This document shows, piece by piece, positions 18,271 through 28,598 of a DNA stretch of 64,000 nt; position 1 is the first letter of the stretch, and every line of letters starts with the position of its first letter. Source of the stretch: Thermodesulfovibrionales bacterium (GTDB lineage Bacteria > Nitrospirota > Thermodesulfovibrionia > Thermodesulfovibrionales > SM23-35); NCBI GenBank assembly GCA_963753165.1, contig CAVWBP010000009.1:58013-122012 (forward strand), in the 5' to 3' direction. Under the pieces are notes generated by a model. It did no database searches and was not told the origin of the DNA. It saw only the letters and a list, made by a program, of their open reading frames with translations. A program made the translations under genes and the position numbers.

Positions 18271-18391
18271 TGGCATAAAAAAGTATAGCACAGCAAGAAC
18301 GCCGGAAGATTTACAAAGAGAGAAAGGAGATGCTATGGTTAAAAGAGAGGCAGCTTGATATGACTCCAGTCCTCAAAGAAAGGAGTGCATT

Positions 18392-18949
18392 TTGAATATT
18401 CTCAGGAAAGCTTCTTTGTTCAGGGTTATTCCTTGTGTCTTGTGCATTTGTGTCTTTCCTGTTCTGACCTCTTCAGCGTTCGCCCTTGACAGCCCGCTCA
18501 GGACAGAGTCGGCAAGCCCGTCTGACCTCACGGGAACGTTCACCCTGCTGCTCTACGGCGGGAGATATGCAGACGACATTGAGACCGTTGCTATCTTTGC
18601 TCCTGAAGGAGGCAAATATACTTATGCCCTTTATGCGCCTGATTTTGATTACAAAACAGAAAAGGGCCTGCCGGCCCCGGAAGCTCTGGCGCGGGCAGGG
18701 AAGTTTGTCAGTTTTCACAATGCGTTCTGGCGTTCGCAGCTGAGCAGGATACTCGATCCCCACGGCAATACCATCGGCTATGAACTGAGACCTCTGTATC
18801 GGCCGTTCGTATATGGCAGCAGCGATGTGATGGATGTCTACTACTGGCCCAAAAAGGACAATACAATTAAAGTAACCATAAGGCTCATACCGTCTGTTGA
18901 GCGACAGCGCTTCCCCGGAGGCCACCATGACTCGCCGCACGGAGATTGA
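18392..18949 (+). CDS. secreted protein of unknown function
   Basis: 185 aa with a TTG start preceded by AAAGGAG and an N-terminal signal-like segment ending 'SSAFA'. I recognise no motif. The 3' end overlaps bioB. Confidence 0.5.
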   Translation: MNILRKASLFRVIPCVLCICVFPVLTSSAFALDSPLRTESASPSDLTGTFTLLLYGGRYADDIETVAIFAPEGGKYTYALYAPDFDYKTEKGLPAPEALARAGKFVSFHNAFWRSQLSRILDPHGNTIGYELRPLYRPFVYGSSDVMDVYYWPKKDNTIKVTIRLIPSVERQRFPGGHHDSPHGD

Positions 18950-19901
18950 GTCCCTTGAAGAAAAGGTCTCACAGGGCCATGTCCTGTCACGGGATGAGGC
19001 CTTGGCTCTCGCTCAAGCGACAGGCTCCGACATTTTCTCTCTTTTTGCCTCCGCAAACAGAATACGAGAACATTTCAGGGGCAACAGGGCAGATGTATGC
19101 TCAATTATCAATGCGAAATCCGGCGCCTGTTCAGAGGACTGTTCTTTTTGCGCCCAGTCTTCAAGAAGCATGGCTGAGATACCGGTATATCCTCTCCTCA
19201 CCAAAGAAACCCTCATCCCAAAGGCTGTTGCAATAAAAAAGGCCGGGATAAAACGGTTTTCGCTCGTCACGAGCGGGAAAAAGGTTTCGAAAAGAGACCT
19301 TCGCAAAATTGCCGGGATGATCTCAGAGATCAGAAACCTCGGGCTTTCCCCCTGTGCAAGTCTCGGCCTTCTGAACAAGGATGAACTTGCACAACTCCGG
19401 GATGCCGGTCTCGACCGGTATCACCATAACCTCGAAACCTCGGCGCGGCTTTTTCCGGAAATTTGCAGCACTCATACCTATTCGGATAAAATCCAGACAA
19501 TCGGGTCGGCAAAATCTGCCGGCCTTTCTCTCTGCTCAGGGGGGATATTCGGCATGGGAGAGACCTGGGAGGACAGGATTGATATGGCGTTTGCCCTGAA
19601 AAATCTTGAGGTGGATTCCGTGCCGATAAATTTTTTAATCCCCCTCAAAGGCACAGGATTCGCTGACAGGAACCTGCTCCATCCCTTCGAAGCACTGAAG
19701 ATCATAAGTATTTACCGGTTTCTTCTTCCTGAAAAACAGATCCGCGTCTGCGGCGGGAGACTGCAGGTTCTCGCTGAATTCCATTCCATGATATTTTTTG
19801 CGGGCGCAGACAGCATGATCACGGGAAATTATCTCACCACGCTGGGCCGCAGTCCCCGGGACGATTTCAGGCTTATAGAACAATCCGGACTTTTTGTGTA
19901 A
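18927..19901 (+). CDS. bioB: biotin synthase
   Basis: Radical-SAM motif 'CSEDCSFC' and 'YHHNLETS'. The ATG at 18927 is preceded by GGAGG; the track ORF opens at 18897. Confidence 0.92.
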   Translation: MTRRTEIESLEEKVSQGHVLSRDEALALAQATGSDIFSLFASANRIREHFRGNRADVCSIINAKSGACSEDCSFCAQSSRSMAEIPVYPLLTKETLIPKAVAIKKAGIKRFSLVTSGKKVSKRDLRKIAGMISEIRNLGLSPCASLGLLNKDELAQLRDAGLDRYHHNLETSARLFPEICSTHTYSDKIQTIGSAKSAGLSLCSGGIFGMGETWEDRIDMAFALKNLEVDSVPINFLIPLKGTGFADRNLLHPFEALKIISIYRFLLPEKQIRVCGGRLQVLAEFHSMIFFAGADSMITGNYLTTLGRSPRDDFRLIEQSGLFV

Positions 19902-19966
19902 CCCTTATTTATAGTAAGTTCTCTATCGTTCGGATCATCCTCGACCAGCAGTATATTTCGCATGCC

Positions 19967-22370
19967 TTATTCCTTTATGGGAAGTGTGAAATAGAATGTC
20001 GCTCCTTTGTTCGATTTTCCTTCCGCCCAGGTTCTGCCTCCGTGCCTGGTGATTATTCTCCGCACATTTGCGAGTCCGATCCCTGTGCCTTCAAATTCTT
20101 CTTTTCTGTGAAGCCGCTGGAATACGCCGAAGAGTTTATCGACATAGTTCATATTAAAACCGACGCCGTTGTCGCGTATAGAGAATGTGAATTCCCTTTC
20201 GCCGGCAGTCAAGCCTATCTCGATCTTTGCCGGTTTCCGTGTATGGGTAAACTTCAGCGCATTGGATAAGAGGTTGACGAGGACAAGTTTCATCATGGAA
20301 CGGTCGCCATACACTTCCGGCAGCTCTGCAATTTTCCAGTCAATATTCCTCCCCTTGATTTCCTCATCCAGATCCCTGATCGCTTCCTGCACAAGCTGTC
20401 CGAGACTGAATTTGGCGCCTATGAATTCAGTGCGGCCTATTCTCGAAAATGCGAGCAGATCGTCTATCAGCATGTTCATCGACTTGGCAGACCCTGCGAT
20501 TACCTTCAGGTAGTGCCTGCTTTCTTCATCCAGCATCTCGCCGGTTCTTTGATTGAGCAGTTCCACAAATCCGTTAATATGACGGAGCGGCGCCCGGAGA
20601 TCATGGGAAACAGAGTAGGAGAATGCCTCCAGTTCCTTGTTGGCATACTCAAGTGCACGCGCCCGTTCATGCAGCGCTTCATTCACCCTTTGCACCTCGG
20701 CAGTCCGGTCACTAACCTTTTGTTCCAGTTCTTCATTCAGTCTGCGGATTTCTTGTTCAGTTCTTTTCCGCTCAGTAATATCCCTGAATATGCCTATGAC
20801 GCATTCTTTTCCGAACATTGTAATAGGGGACGAACTGATGTCAGCATAAAAAACCTTCCCGTCTTTCTTCTTTACCGGAATATTCACCGCAATTTCTATT
20901 TCCCCGCTGGCCTGCTTTTCGAACTGTTCGATAACAAAGGACGACCTCTTCTTGAGGGTGAATATCATGCACTGATAGCCCCTTAATTTCTTCCGGAGTA
21001 TATCCAAGCATTGTCACACATTGCCGGGTTGCTGTCATAAAATATCTTGTCCTGGATGTCTGCGAGAAGAATACCGTCTACCGCATTTTCAAAAATTGTC
21101 CGGAATCTTTCCTCACTCTCCAGTAAGCGCTTCCTCTGCCCTTTTCCGTTCGGTTATATCCAGTGCGGCAAAGGTTACCCCAATCGATAAATTTCCCGGA
21201 TCTACCGGAGCTGAACTTAAGAGCACATCAATAATGACCCCGTTCTTGCGTTTCCAGCGGGTCTCGACAGTGCCGATACCTTGTTCCTGGATCTGTCTGT
21301 ATTTTTCTCTGCCGACATATTCAAAATCCTCATCTGATAGATAAAGTATCTTTCGCACTTTTGCCGATCAGTTCTTCGGCAGAATACCCGAGCATTTTAC
21401 ATAGATAATCGTTAGCCTGAAGAAGCATCCGTTCAGGAGAGGATACAAGCCCTATCCCAACCGGTGATGCCCGAAAGATGCTTTGCAGTCTCTCTTCATT
21501 TTTCCGAAGGCTTTCCTCAGCCCGTTTGCGTTCTGTAATATCTGTTGCAATATGAATAATTTTCTGGAGATTCCCTCTGTCATCGAATACCGGCGTGCAT
21601 GAGACAAGAAATATTCCCCCGAGGGCTTCAACTTCCATTTCGACAGCTGCAAGTTCCAGAGACTCAAGCATTTTTACCAGCGGGCAGCCTGCAGGAGGTT
21701 CCCCTGCATTATGAAAGACCTCAAAGCACTTTTTCCCTGCAATATCTTCGAAGGATTGCACCCCGATTGCGTTGAGCGTTGCATGATTTGCTGATATGAT
21801 ATTGTGTTTTGCATCGAGGATAATTGTCGGGTGGCCAATTGCCTGGAAAATATTCTCCCATTCACGATGAGCCTTGAGCGTTTCTTCTTCTGCTTTTCTC
21901 CGGTCGGTAATATCATCTCCGGAACTCAAAGTTCCTGTAATCTTGCCTTTTTCGTCTTTCAGGATCGTGTTGTGCCAGGCAATGAGTCTTTCCTCGCCGC
22001 TCTTTGTGAGAACCGGATTTTCAAAGTATTCAGCCTGTTTGATAGCCTTCCCTGGGATAAGCTTTTCGAAAACCGTTTTCACGTCTTTCCTGATTCTTTC
22101 CGGCAGAAAACGATCAAACCAGTTTTTTCCGATGATTTCCCTTTTCTTGTATCCGAGAATCTCACAGCCTTTTTTGTTTATAAGAGAAACTTTCTGGTCA
22201 GCGTCTATCACAATCAACATGACTGATGCAATATCAAGATACTTATTTGTTCTGTTTCTCTCCTGAATACTTTTCTGTTCGGCTTTTGCCGGATGCAGTT
22301 TTTTCGCCTTTTTCTGTAAGGGCTTTTTTTCTTTGATACGCTGATCTTTGATTTTATTTTTGTCTTTCAC
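19967..22370 (-). pseudogene. multi-PAS sensor histidine kinase, reading frame broken about 4 times
   Basis: Track ORFs 21330..22370 (PAS x3), 21113..21358, an unlisted frame ('ESEERFRTIFENAVDGILLADIQDKIFYDSNPAMC'), 20841..21038 and 19967..21007 (PAS end, HisKA 'SHDLRAPL', HATPase 'DNGVGF...GTGIGL') read as one continuous kinase once the frame switches are allowed. Confidence 0.75.
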
Positions 22371-22561
22371 TGGGTGGTCTCTGTATATTTATCGGGACAG
22401 AACAGAAAAATGCAGACTGCGAATAGGTCTTTTGTTGTCCTGAAGGGAGCATCTGCGCCTCAGTCTCCGATTATAAGATAATATAACCGCTTAATTATTC
22501 TCACTATCTCATATTACCTTTTGGTTGTCAAGAAGAGCCGAATATCGAACCTGGGGGAAAA

Positions 22562-23455
22562 TTACAGGTTCTTTGACTCAGTGAGGATGTGTTCCAGGAA
22601 TATCTCGTATGCCTTGGGAAGGGTTCTTTTCTTGTGAACGACGATGTAGAATCTGCGTCTCATTTGAAGGTCGGTCAGCGCTATCTCCTGAAGTATTCCA
22701 TGCTCCAGTTCATCAGCCACTGCAAATTTTGAGAGTATCGAGATACCAAGACCTGCCTTGACTGCCTGCTTCACTGCATCGGTGGAGCCGAAAATGCCCG
22801 CTATCTGAAACTTCCCGGAAGGGAGCCCCTTGCCTTCCAGAAACTTCTCTGTCTCTCTCCTGGTTCCTGACCCTTCCTCCCGGAGAACGAGAGGATAGTC
22901 TGTCAGTTTTTTCAGGGGGAGACTGTTCTCTTTCACCTTTGAAGGCGATGCGATCACTATCAGCTGATCTTCCACAAAGGGTATGTAGTGTATCTGGTCA
23001 TTTCCCAGTTTTGCGCCGACTATCCCCAGCAGCAGATCATGCCTTGCTATACTTTCAAGAATCCCGCTTGAATCTGAAATCTGGATCTGAAACGATATCT
23101 CGGGATATTTCTTCCGGAATTCCGTCATCATGCGCGGCATGAGATAGACGCCCGGAATGGTGCTTGCGCCTATTATGATTTTCCCGGTTAAATCTTTTTT
23201 GATCTCCCTTATCGCCTCATCGATTGTCTCGGCTTTTGTGATGATTTCCAGTGCGTGGGTATACAGGACTTCCGCCTCTTTTGTGGGAATGATGCTGCGG
23301 CCCAGCCGGTCAAACAGTTTACAGCCGAACTCGTCCTCGAGAGTCTTGATGTGGTTGCTGATCGTGGGCTGCGTCAGATGAAGGGCTTCCGATGCCCTCG
23401 AAAAACTTCTGTTCTTATAAACTGCAGCGAATACTTTCAGCTGATGGATATCCAT
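22562..23455 (-). CDS. LysR-family transcriptional regulator
   Basis: 297 aa with an N-terminal wHTH 'FSRASEALHLTQPTISNHIKTLE' and a LysR substrate-binding domain. Confidence 0.9.
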   Translation of the reverse strand: MDIHQLKVFAAVYKNRSFSRASEALHLTQPTISNHIKTLEDEFGCKLFDRLGRSIIPTKEAEVLYTHALEIITKAETIDEAIREIKKDLTGKIIIGASTIPGVYLMPRMMTEFRKKYPEISFQIQISDSSGILESIARHDLLLGIVGAKLGNDQIHYIPFVEDQLIVIASPSKVKENSLPLKKLTDYPLVLREEGSGTRRETEKFLEGKGLPSGKFQIAGIFGSTDAVKQAVKAGLGISILSKFAVADELEHGILQEIALTDLQMRRRFYIVVHKKRTLPKAYEIFLEHILTESKNL

Positions 23456-23473
23456 TCCTGAATTCTATCATAC

Positions 23474-24153
23474 TCAGACCTTCTTTGCCTGTTTGAAAAG
23501 CCGGACTGCAATCTCCACGGCTGCTCGATACCCTTTTTCCCTTAGTGTCTTCATAATCCTCTCTGAAGCGATCGCCTTCAGGAATTTCTCTCTTTTTCCG
23601 CTCTCCGCAATCTCTCTCATGGCAGCAGCCCGGAGCTTCCTCGCAGAGTTCAGATATCGGGAAATTTCCGGTCCGTAGAGATTTTCCAGCTCCTTCCTGA
23701 TAGTCTTGGCAAAAGCCGGGCTGACGCCGCTTGTTGAGATTGCGATTGTAAGGGGGTTGCGATGTACGTTGAAGGGACGATAAAGCTGCACAAATGCGGG
23801 GTATCCACAACATTGACAGGACACGGCGCCTCACGGGAGACGCGCTCATTCATCAGGGAAGAATCGGTGGCAGAAATAGCCAGAAAGGCTCGCTTGAGAT
23901 CCCCCTTTCTGTATTCCCGTGGAATATGCGTGATACGGCCTCTCCCCAGTTCTTTTTCGAGTTTTTTTGTGATCGAGGGACTTATGACCGTCACCGAGGC
24001 CCCGGCCTTCAGAAGGGAGTATATCTTTCTTTCGGCAACCTTGCCCCCGCCGACTACGATAACTTCCTTATTCCTGAGATCAAGAAATACAGGATAATAG
24101 GTTTCTGCCGGTTTTTGTTCGGGAGCGGAGGGACACTGGTTTTTCTGCTTCAC
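23474..24153 (-). pseudogene. precorrin-2 dehydrogenase / sirohydrochlorin ferrochelatase (SirC/CysG-N type), frame broken once
   Basis: ORF 23650..24153 carries 'YPVFLDLRNKEVIVVGGGKVAERK...VNVVDTPHLCSFIVPS'. ORF 23474..23824 continues 'RNPLTIAISTSGVSPAFAKTIRKELE'. The junction is at ~23759-23775 and is not in a long homopolymer. Confidence 0.75.
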
Positions 24154-24908
24154 TTTTTTAAAGCGGAGATCTCTTTCTTTGCGCTCCCGGAGAGTTTGTT
24201 GTTCGGATACTTTTCGACAAGACGGGAAAGATATTCGGCAGCTTTCTCTTTCTGTCCGAGACTCTTATAGGCCATTGCGGAATAGAAGAGGACTTCGGGT
24301 TCTCCCTTGTAGTCCGGATATTTTTTCAGCAGTCCCTCGAATCTGCCCAGGGCGGCATTGTAGGACTCTTTCTTGTAATAAAACTTTCCGACCAGGTATT
24401 CGTATTCGGCAATGGTATTTCTGCACTTTTCCATTTTCAGATCAACAACATCTTTATAGGGGTTTCTCGGATACAGCGTTTTCAGTTTTTCGAATTCTTC
24501 AAGGGCCTTTGCCGCACCGCCGTACCCTCTCTCCGAACCTTCTATCTGGTCGAAATATACCATCGCTATCTGATACTGGGCATAAGAGGCGTACTGGTGG
24601 TCGGGATACGCTTCGAGGAATTTTCGATATTCGGCAACCGCAAGTTCAGGCTCTTCCTCCTTGACATAGGAATCCGCGATCTTCAGTTGGGCAAGAGGCG
24701 CATATTTCTTGGTCATGTCCCTGTTCTTCACCTCGAGAAAAGAAGCCCGCGCCTGCTCATATTCTTTTTTCTCAAACTGTTCATTCGCTGCAGTGAAGGT
24801 TTTTTCGGGATCGAACCTCTCGGCTGGTTTTCTTACGGACTTTCCGGAGCAGGAAAAAACCGTGCAGAGAAATATCGAAATAAAAACACATGCAAGAATT
24901 TTCTTCAT
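24150..24908 (-). CDS. bamD: outer membrane protein assembly factor BamD (TPR lipoprotein)
   Basis: 252 aa with lipobox 'VFSCSG' and TPR-like repeats with the 'AQLKIADSY' and 'YAQYQIAMVYF' pattern typical of BamD/YfiO. Confidence 0.82.
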   Translation of the reverse strand: MKKILACVFISIFLCTVFSCSGKSVRKPAERFDPEKTFTAANEQFEKKEYEQARASFLEVKNRDMTKKYAPLAQLKIADSYVKEEEPELAVAEYRKFLEAYPDHQYASYAQYQIAMVYFDQIEGSERGYGGAAKALEEFEKLKTLYPRNPYKDVVDLKMEKCRNTIAEYEYLVGKFYYKKESYNAALGRFEGLLKKYPDYKGEPEVLFYSAMAYKSLGQKEKAAEYLSRLVEKYPNNKLSGSAKKEISALKK

Positions 24909-25057
24909 CGCAGAGTATTATAGCACGGAAGGGCGGTATGGAAAAAGCAGCTTTTCCCTTTCCTGTACCAGAACCCCTTCCCATTATTCATAGTCAGATT
25001 ATACAATACCGCATCCGCCCCGTATTCATCAGGGAATTCAAACATTGAGCCAGAGTC

Positions 25058-25330
25058 TCAGACAAGAATAAGCCCCAGCCAGAGCAGGCAGCCTGAAATG
25101 GCCGCTATTTTCTCATGCGGCTTTAACCGTCCGGTTTTCAGGACGAAATAGATGCTGAGGGGGGACGTGAGAAAACATGCGGTGAGATAAACCCACTTCG
25201 GCAGGACATGCCCACGCGGAGCATCGGGGAAAAGGGAGCAAAAAGGACATTCAATTTCCCCCTCCAGCCGCTGCCCGCAGCGCGCACATCTGGTGATCCC
25301 CAGTATCTCTTCTGTTTTTTCCTGGTCCAT
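25058..25330 (-). CDS. zinc-ribbon membrane protein, function unknown
   Basis: 'CARCG...CPFC' ribbon followed by two hydrophobic helices. The ATG at 25330 has a GGGAGAAG RBS-like box; the track ORF extends to 25357. Confidence 0.5.
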   Translation of the reverse strand: MDQEKTEEILGITRCARCGQRLEGEIECPFCSLFPDAPRGHVLPKWVYLTACFLTSPLSIYFVLKTGRLKPHEKIAAISGCLLWLGLILV

Positions 25331-25467
25331 TTTGTGCTCTTCTCCCACACTCAGCACGTGAGATGGTGGGTGCTCTTCTATTATAGAAAATCATCATGCT
25401 TTTCACCTCTCCGGTCCGTTTTTTTGGTATAGTTATATATAGTTTGTTTTTCCAGGAGGCCTGAATC

Positions 25468-25617
25468 ATGAAATTAAAAATTGCTGCCTTGCTCATTCTC
25501 CTCACCATGCTGGCTGGCTGTGCATCGTTTCAACTACAATCGGAACAGACAGGCTCGTGCGATCCCTATGTGAAATACCGGGGTTACAGCGGACCATATT
25601 GCTCACCGACACCCTAA
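25468..25617 (+). CDS. small lipoprotein candidate (49 aa), below the ORF-track length cut-off
   Basis: AGGAGG lies 7 nt upstream of the ATG. The sequence starts 'MKLKIAALLILLTMLAGC' (signal plus lipobox) and ends at a TAA at 25615-25617. Confidence 0.5.
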   Translation: MKLKIAALLILLTMLAGCASFQLQSEQTGSCDPYVKYRGYSGPYCSPTP

Positions 25618-25780
25618 GGATTCCTGACGGCGTGCTCTCTTTCTCTTCTGCTCCGTTGCCTCGGGAGTTCGTAGCAACCCGATATCCGGATACACATCCT
25701 GCGTTCAGGCCACCTTCTCTGCTTATTTTTGGGCCTGAATATATGATACAATGAAAGAATATGATACCCGGAGGCAGATC

Positions 25781-26461
25781 ATGAAACATAAGGGCTTGTT
25801 TTTCGGTATATTCTCTCTCATCATTGCATTCATCACAGCATGTGCCACGACAACGCTCACTTCGGTCTGGAAAGACCCGGCATATCAGGGCGGACAGATC
25901 AGAAAAGTCCTCGTTATGGGAGTTTCCGACAAACCGGCTATCAAGAGGTTATATGAGGATGGATTCGTAAGCGCGCTCAAACTCAAGGGCGTGGACGCGG
26001 TCCCCGGCTATGCGGTACTGCCGTCCGAAGGCGTACCGGATCAAGAGAGTATCCGTTCAAAGGTAACAGAATTCAACATAGATGCAATACTGATTACAAG
26101 AATGGTTGACAAGAAGACGGTAGACACCTATTATCCGCCGGAGACAGTTTCTCAAGCCCCACCTCCGCAGCCTTATCCTCCGGGTTATTATCAACCCGGA
26201 TACTATCCTCCCGGCCGATACAATGATTGGTACAGATACTATTCGGACGTATATCAACCCGTTACCACTCCCGGTTATCAGGTACAGGACGAAATAGTTG
26301 TACTTGAAACAAATCTCTATGAAGCAAAAAACGACAAGCTCATATGGTCAGCACTCTCGGATACCTTTGTGGAGACCTTTGACAGAGGGTCTTCAGGGCA
26401 GATGATACAGGCATTCATTCAGGTCATCATAAAAAAACTGTCTGATGACCGGGTGATCTGA
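25781..26461 (+). CDS. lipoprotein with Pro/Tyr-rich segment, function unknown
   Basis: 'MKHKGLFFGIFSLIIAFITAC' lipobox and an internal 'PPPQPYPPGYYQPGYYPPGRY' segment. A GGAGG RBS precedes 25781; the track ORF opens at 25751. Confidence 0.65.
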   Translation: MKHKGLFFGIFSLIIAFITACATTTLTSVWKDPAYQGGQIRKVLVMGVSDKPAIKRLYEDGFVSALKLKGVDAVPGYAVLPSEGVPDQESIRSKVTEFNIDAILITRMVDKKTVDTYYPPETVSQAPPPQPYPPGYYQPGYYPPGRYNDWYRYYSDVYQPVTTPGYQVQDEIVVLETNLYEAKNDKLIWSALSDTFVETFDRGSSGQMIQAFIQVIIKKLSDDRVI

Positions 26462-26507
26462 TTGATTCCGGATACTGTCTGCTCAACATAACGGCCTGCT
26501 GGCATTG

Positions 26508-28193
26508 ATGATGAATCGTGGCTCTCATGGAAGCTCTGACGGTTCGCTCAAAGATCTCCTGCTGATTTCCCTCGTAACCCTCTTTGTATACCTCCCCCTG
26601 CTCGGAACAGATGTGTTCGACGGCAATGAGCCGATACGGGTGATCATTGCCAAAGAAATGCTGAAGACAGGCAACTGGACTTTGCCGTTGCTCCATGGGC
26701 AACTCTACTTCATTAAGCCACCGCTGATGAGTTGGCTGATTGCCGCGAGCGGGAACATATTCGGGGTTGTGAACGAATGGACTGCCCGTATCCCTTCTGT
26801 GATGGCGGTGCTTCTGACAGGATACACCGTATATTTTCTCACTATCCGCTGGCTGACCAGAGAAGGCCGGCTTTTAGCTTCTCTGGCCCTGCTCACTATG
26901 GTGAGTCTTATTACCAAGGGCATGACCGCGGAAATTGACAGCCTTTTTGTTCTCCTCACAAGCAGCGCCCTCTTGACCTGGTTTTATGGATATACTCAGC
27001 AATGGAAGCCTGTCTTCGTATGGATCGTCCCGTTATCAATTACCGGGATAGGGTTTCTCACAAAAGGCCCCCAGGGAATAGCATATTTCTATTTCACGGT
27101 CTTTGCATATCTGCTCTACAGAAGAAATCTCCGGTTCTTCTTCTCCCTGTCTCACCTTGCCGGATTTCTCTGCTTTCTCTCGATTCTCGGCATCTACCTG
27201 CTTACCGTTCTCCGGCATATCTCTCTGTATGAATACTTCCAGATATGGAAGGGCCAGACCACACAAAGGGGCAGCACCAGTCATTCATTTGGTTTTCTGA
27301 AACATCTTGTTTCGTATCCGGTTGAATCTTTCCTTTCTTTTCTGCCGTGGACATTCGGGTTCTTACCCCTGATATTCATGAAGGAATTGCGGACGAGAGC
27401 AAAGGAGTTGTTGTCAAATGACCTTTTCCTGTTCTCGTTCATCATGATTGCAGTGAATTTTCCTCTGTACTGGCTGTTGCCCGGAGCGAGAGTCAGATAT
27501 ATTCTCCCCCTTGGTCCTTTTGTTGCGATTATGCTTGCCCTGCTTTTTGTATGGTATAAAAACGAGGCGGACAACGATCCCCGCATCATGCTTTTCTTCA
27601 AAAAATTCTTATATACCCTCTTAGGGATGATCTCTTTCTGTGTGGTTGCGATAATACCCGCCGCCATATTTCTCAAAACAGACTTTTCTCTTCATTTGAT
27701 CCTCCTGATGAGCGCTCTGATTCTCTTTATCCTGTTCCTCTGGCTTAAGCGGAATGCCCTCAGCGCCGTCAGTATTCCCGTTGTCATTGCTTTGCTTACT
27801 GGATTTTTTATGCTCATCTACAGCGGGACGCAGGCACAACTGCATGAAAAGAGACCGGATGACCCCAGAAAGATCGCCCGCGAAATAAACACTGTTCTCC
27901 CGAAGGATACCGGCAGGGTATATGAAATCGGATATGACAGGTTCCTGGAAATAACCTGTTATCTGAACAGGGACGTTATTCAGCTTGATTCCTTCGATCA
28001 GCTTAAACCCATCGAAAAACAGAAAGACGTCTATTTCATCTTTGATACCGCATACCTTCGCAAGGCACAACATTCAGCCGGAATCGATCATGGAGAAGAC
28101 CTTCGATGGGACAAGGTATATTCAGCGCCCTATAAGAACGAAAAAACAGAAATCGTTGTCGGACATCTCAGGGCAAATGATGATGCTGAATGA
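26508..28193 (+). CDS. glycosyltransferase family 39 (ArnT/PMT-like) membrane protein
   Basis: About 561 aa with roughly 12-13 TM helices and an N-terminal region of ArnT-like lipid-carrier-dependent glycosyltransferases. The call rests on architecture only. Confidence 0.7.
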   Translation: MMNRGSHGSSDGSLKDLLLISLVTLFVYLPLLGTDVFDGNEPIRVIIAKEMLKTGNWTLPLLHGQLYFIKPPLMSWLIAASGNIFGVVNEWTARIPSVMAVLLTGYTVYFLTIRWLTREGRLLASLALLTMVSLITKGMTAEIDSLFVLLTSSALLTWFYGYTQQWKPVFVWIVPLSITGIGFLTKGPQGIAYFYFTVFAYLLYRRNLRFFFSLSHLAGFLCFLSILGIYLLTVLRHISLYEYFQIWKGQTTQRGSTSHSFGFLKHLVSYPVESFLSFLPWTFGFLPLIFMKELRTRAKELLSNDLFLFSFIMIAVNFPLYWLLPGARVRYILPLGPFVAIMLALLFVWYKNEADNDPRIMLFFKKFLYTLLGMISFCVVAIIPAAIFLKTDFSLHLILLMSALILFILFLWLKRNALSAVSIPVVIALLTGFFMLIYSGTQAQLHEKRPDDPRKIAREINTVLPKDTGRVYEIGYDRFLEITCYLNRDVIQLDSFDQLKPIEKQKDVYFIFDTAYLRKAQHSAGIDHGEDLRWDKVYSAPYKNEKTEIVVGHLRANDDAE

Positions 28194-28211
28194 TACGGTA
28201 TCAAGATAGTT

Positions 28212-28241
28212 TTGACTCTGTTTCCACTCGCATGATAATAT
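28212..28241 (+). promoter_or_regulatory. candidate promoter for tRNA-Sec (TTGACT-N16/18-GATAAT/TAATAT)
   Basis: The hexamers are read directly, about 42 nt upstream of the tRNA 5' end. Confidence 0.4.
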
Positions 28242-28282
28242 AAAAACTGCACTAAATTATTAATAAATATATAAAAGCCCCT

Positions 28283-28380
28283 GGGAGTGTATAGGGCTCT
28301 GGTGTCCCTCTCGGACTTCAAATCCGGTGTTGCCTGTTACAAACGGGCAGGGTGGGTTCGATTCCCACACGCTCCCGCCA
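28283..28380 (+). tRNA. selC: tRNA-Sec (anticodon TCA), CCA encoded
   Basis: Manual fold: 8-bp acceptor GGGAGTGT/ACGCTCCC, 5-bp T stem GTGGG/CCCAC (8/5 bacterial Sec geometry), anticodon loop CTTCAAA, and a 7-bp long variable arm TGCCTGT-TACAA-ACGGGCA. selA and selB are in the same window. Confidence 0.9.
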
Positions 28381-28488
28381 TTTCCATTATTGATTTTAAG
28401 TATAGGGTTTGCCAACTTCTCTTATCCAACAATCGAGTGTGACAGACCATATTTCTATTACTTTTTACCGCACCCCTACTGATCTTTG

Positions 28489-28531
28489 AACCAAAATATA
28501 CATGGTATACGGTGTATATTTTGGTTTTTTT
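28489..28531 (+). terminator. rho-independent terminator downstream of tRNA-Sec
   Basis: A 14-bp stem AACCAAAATATACA/TGTATATTTTGGTT with a 10-nt loop, followed by TTTTT. Confidence 0.6.
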
Positions 28532-28560
28532 CATTGATAATAAATCTCTTTATTGTTATT

Positions 28561-28584
28561 ATTTAAGTACTAATTTAAGTACTA
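28561..28584 (+). promoter_or_regulatory. tandem 12-mer ATTTAAGTACTA x2, likely toxin-antitoxin operator
   Basis: A perfect direct repeat, each unit containing the AGTACT palindrome. It lies immediately upstream of the antitoxin RBS (TAAGGAG). Confidence 0.45.
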
Positions 28585-28598
28585 TAAGGAGTATCAAT

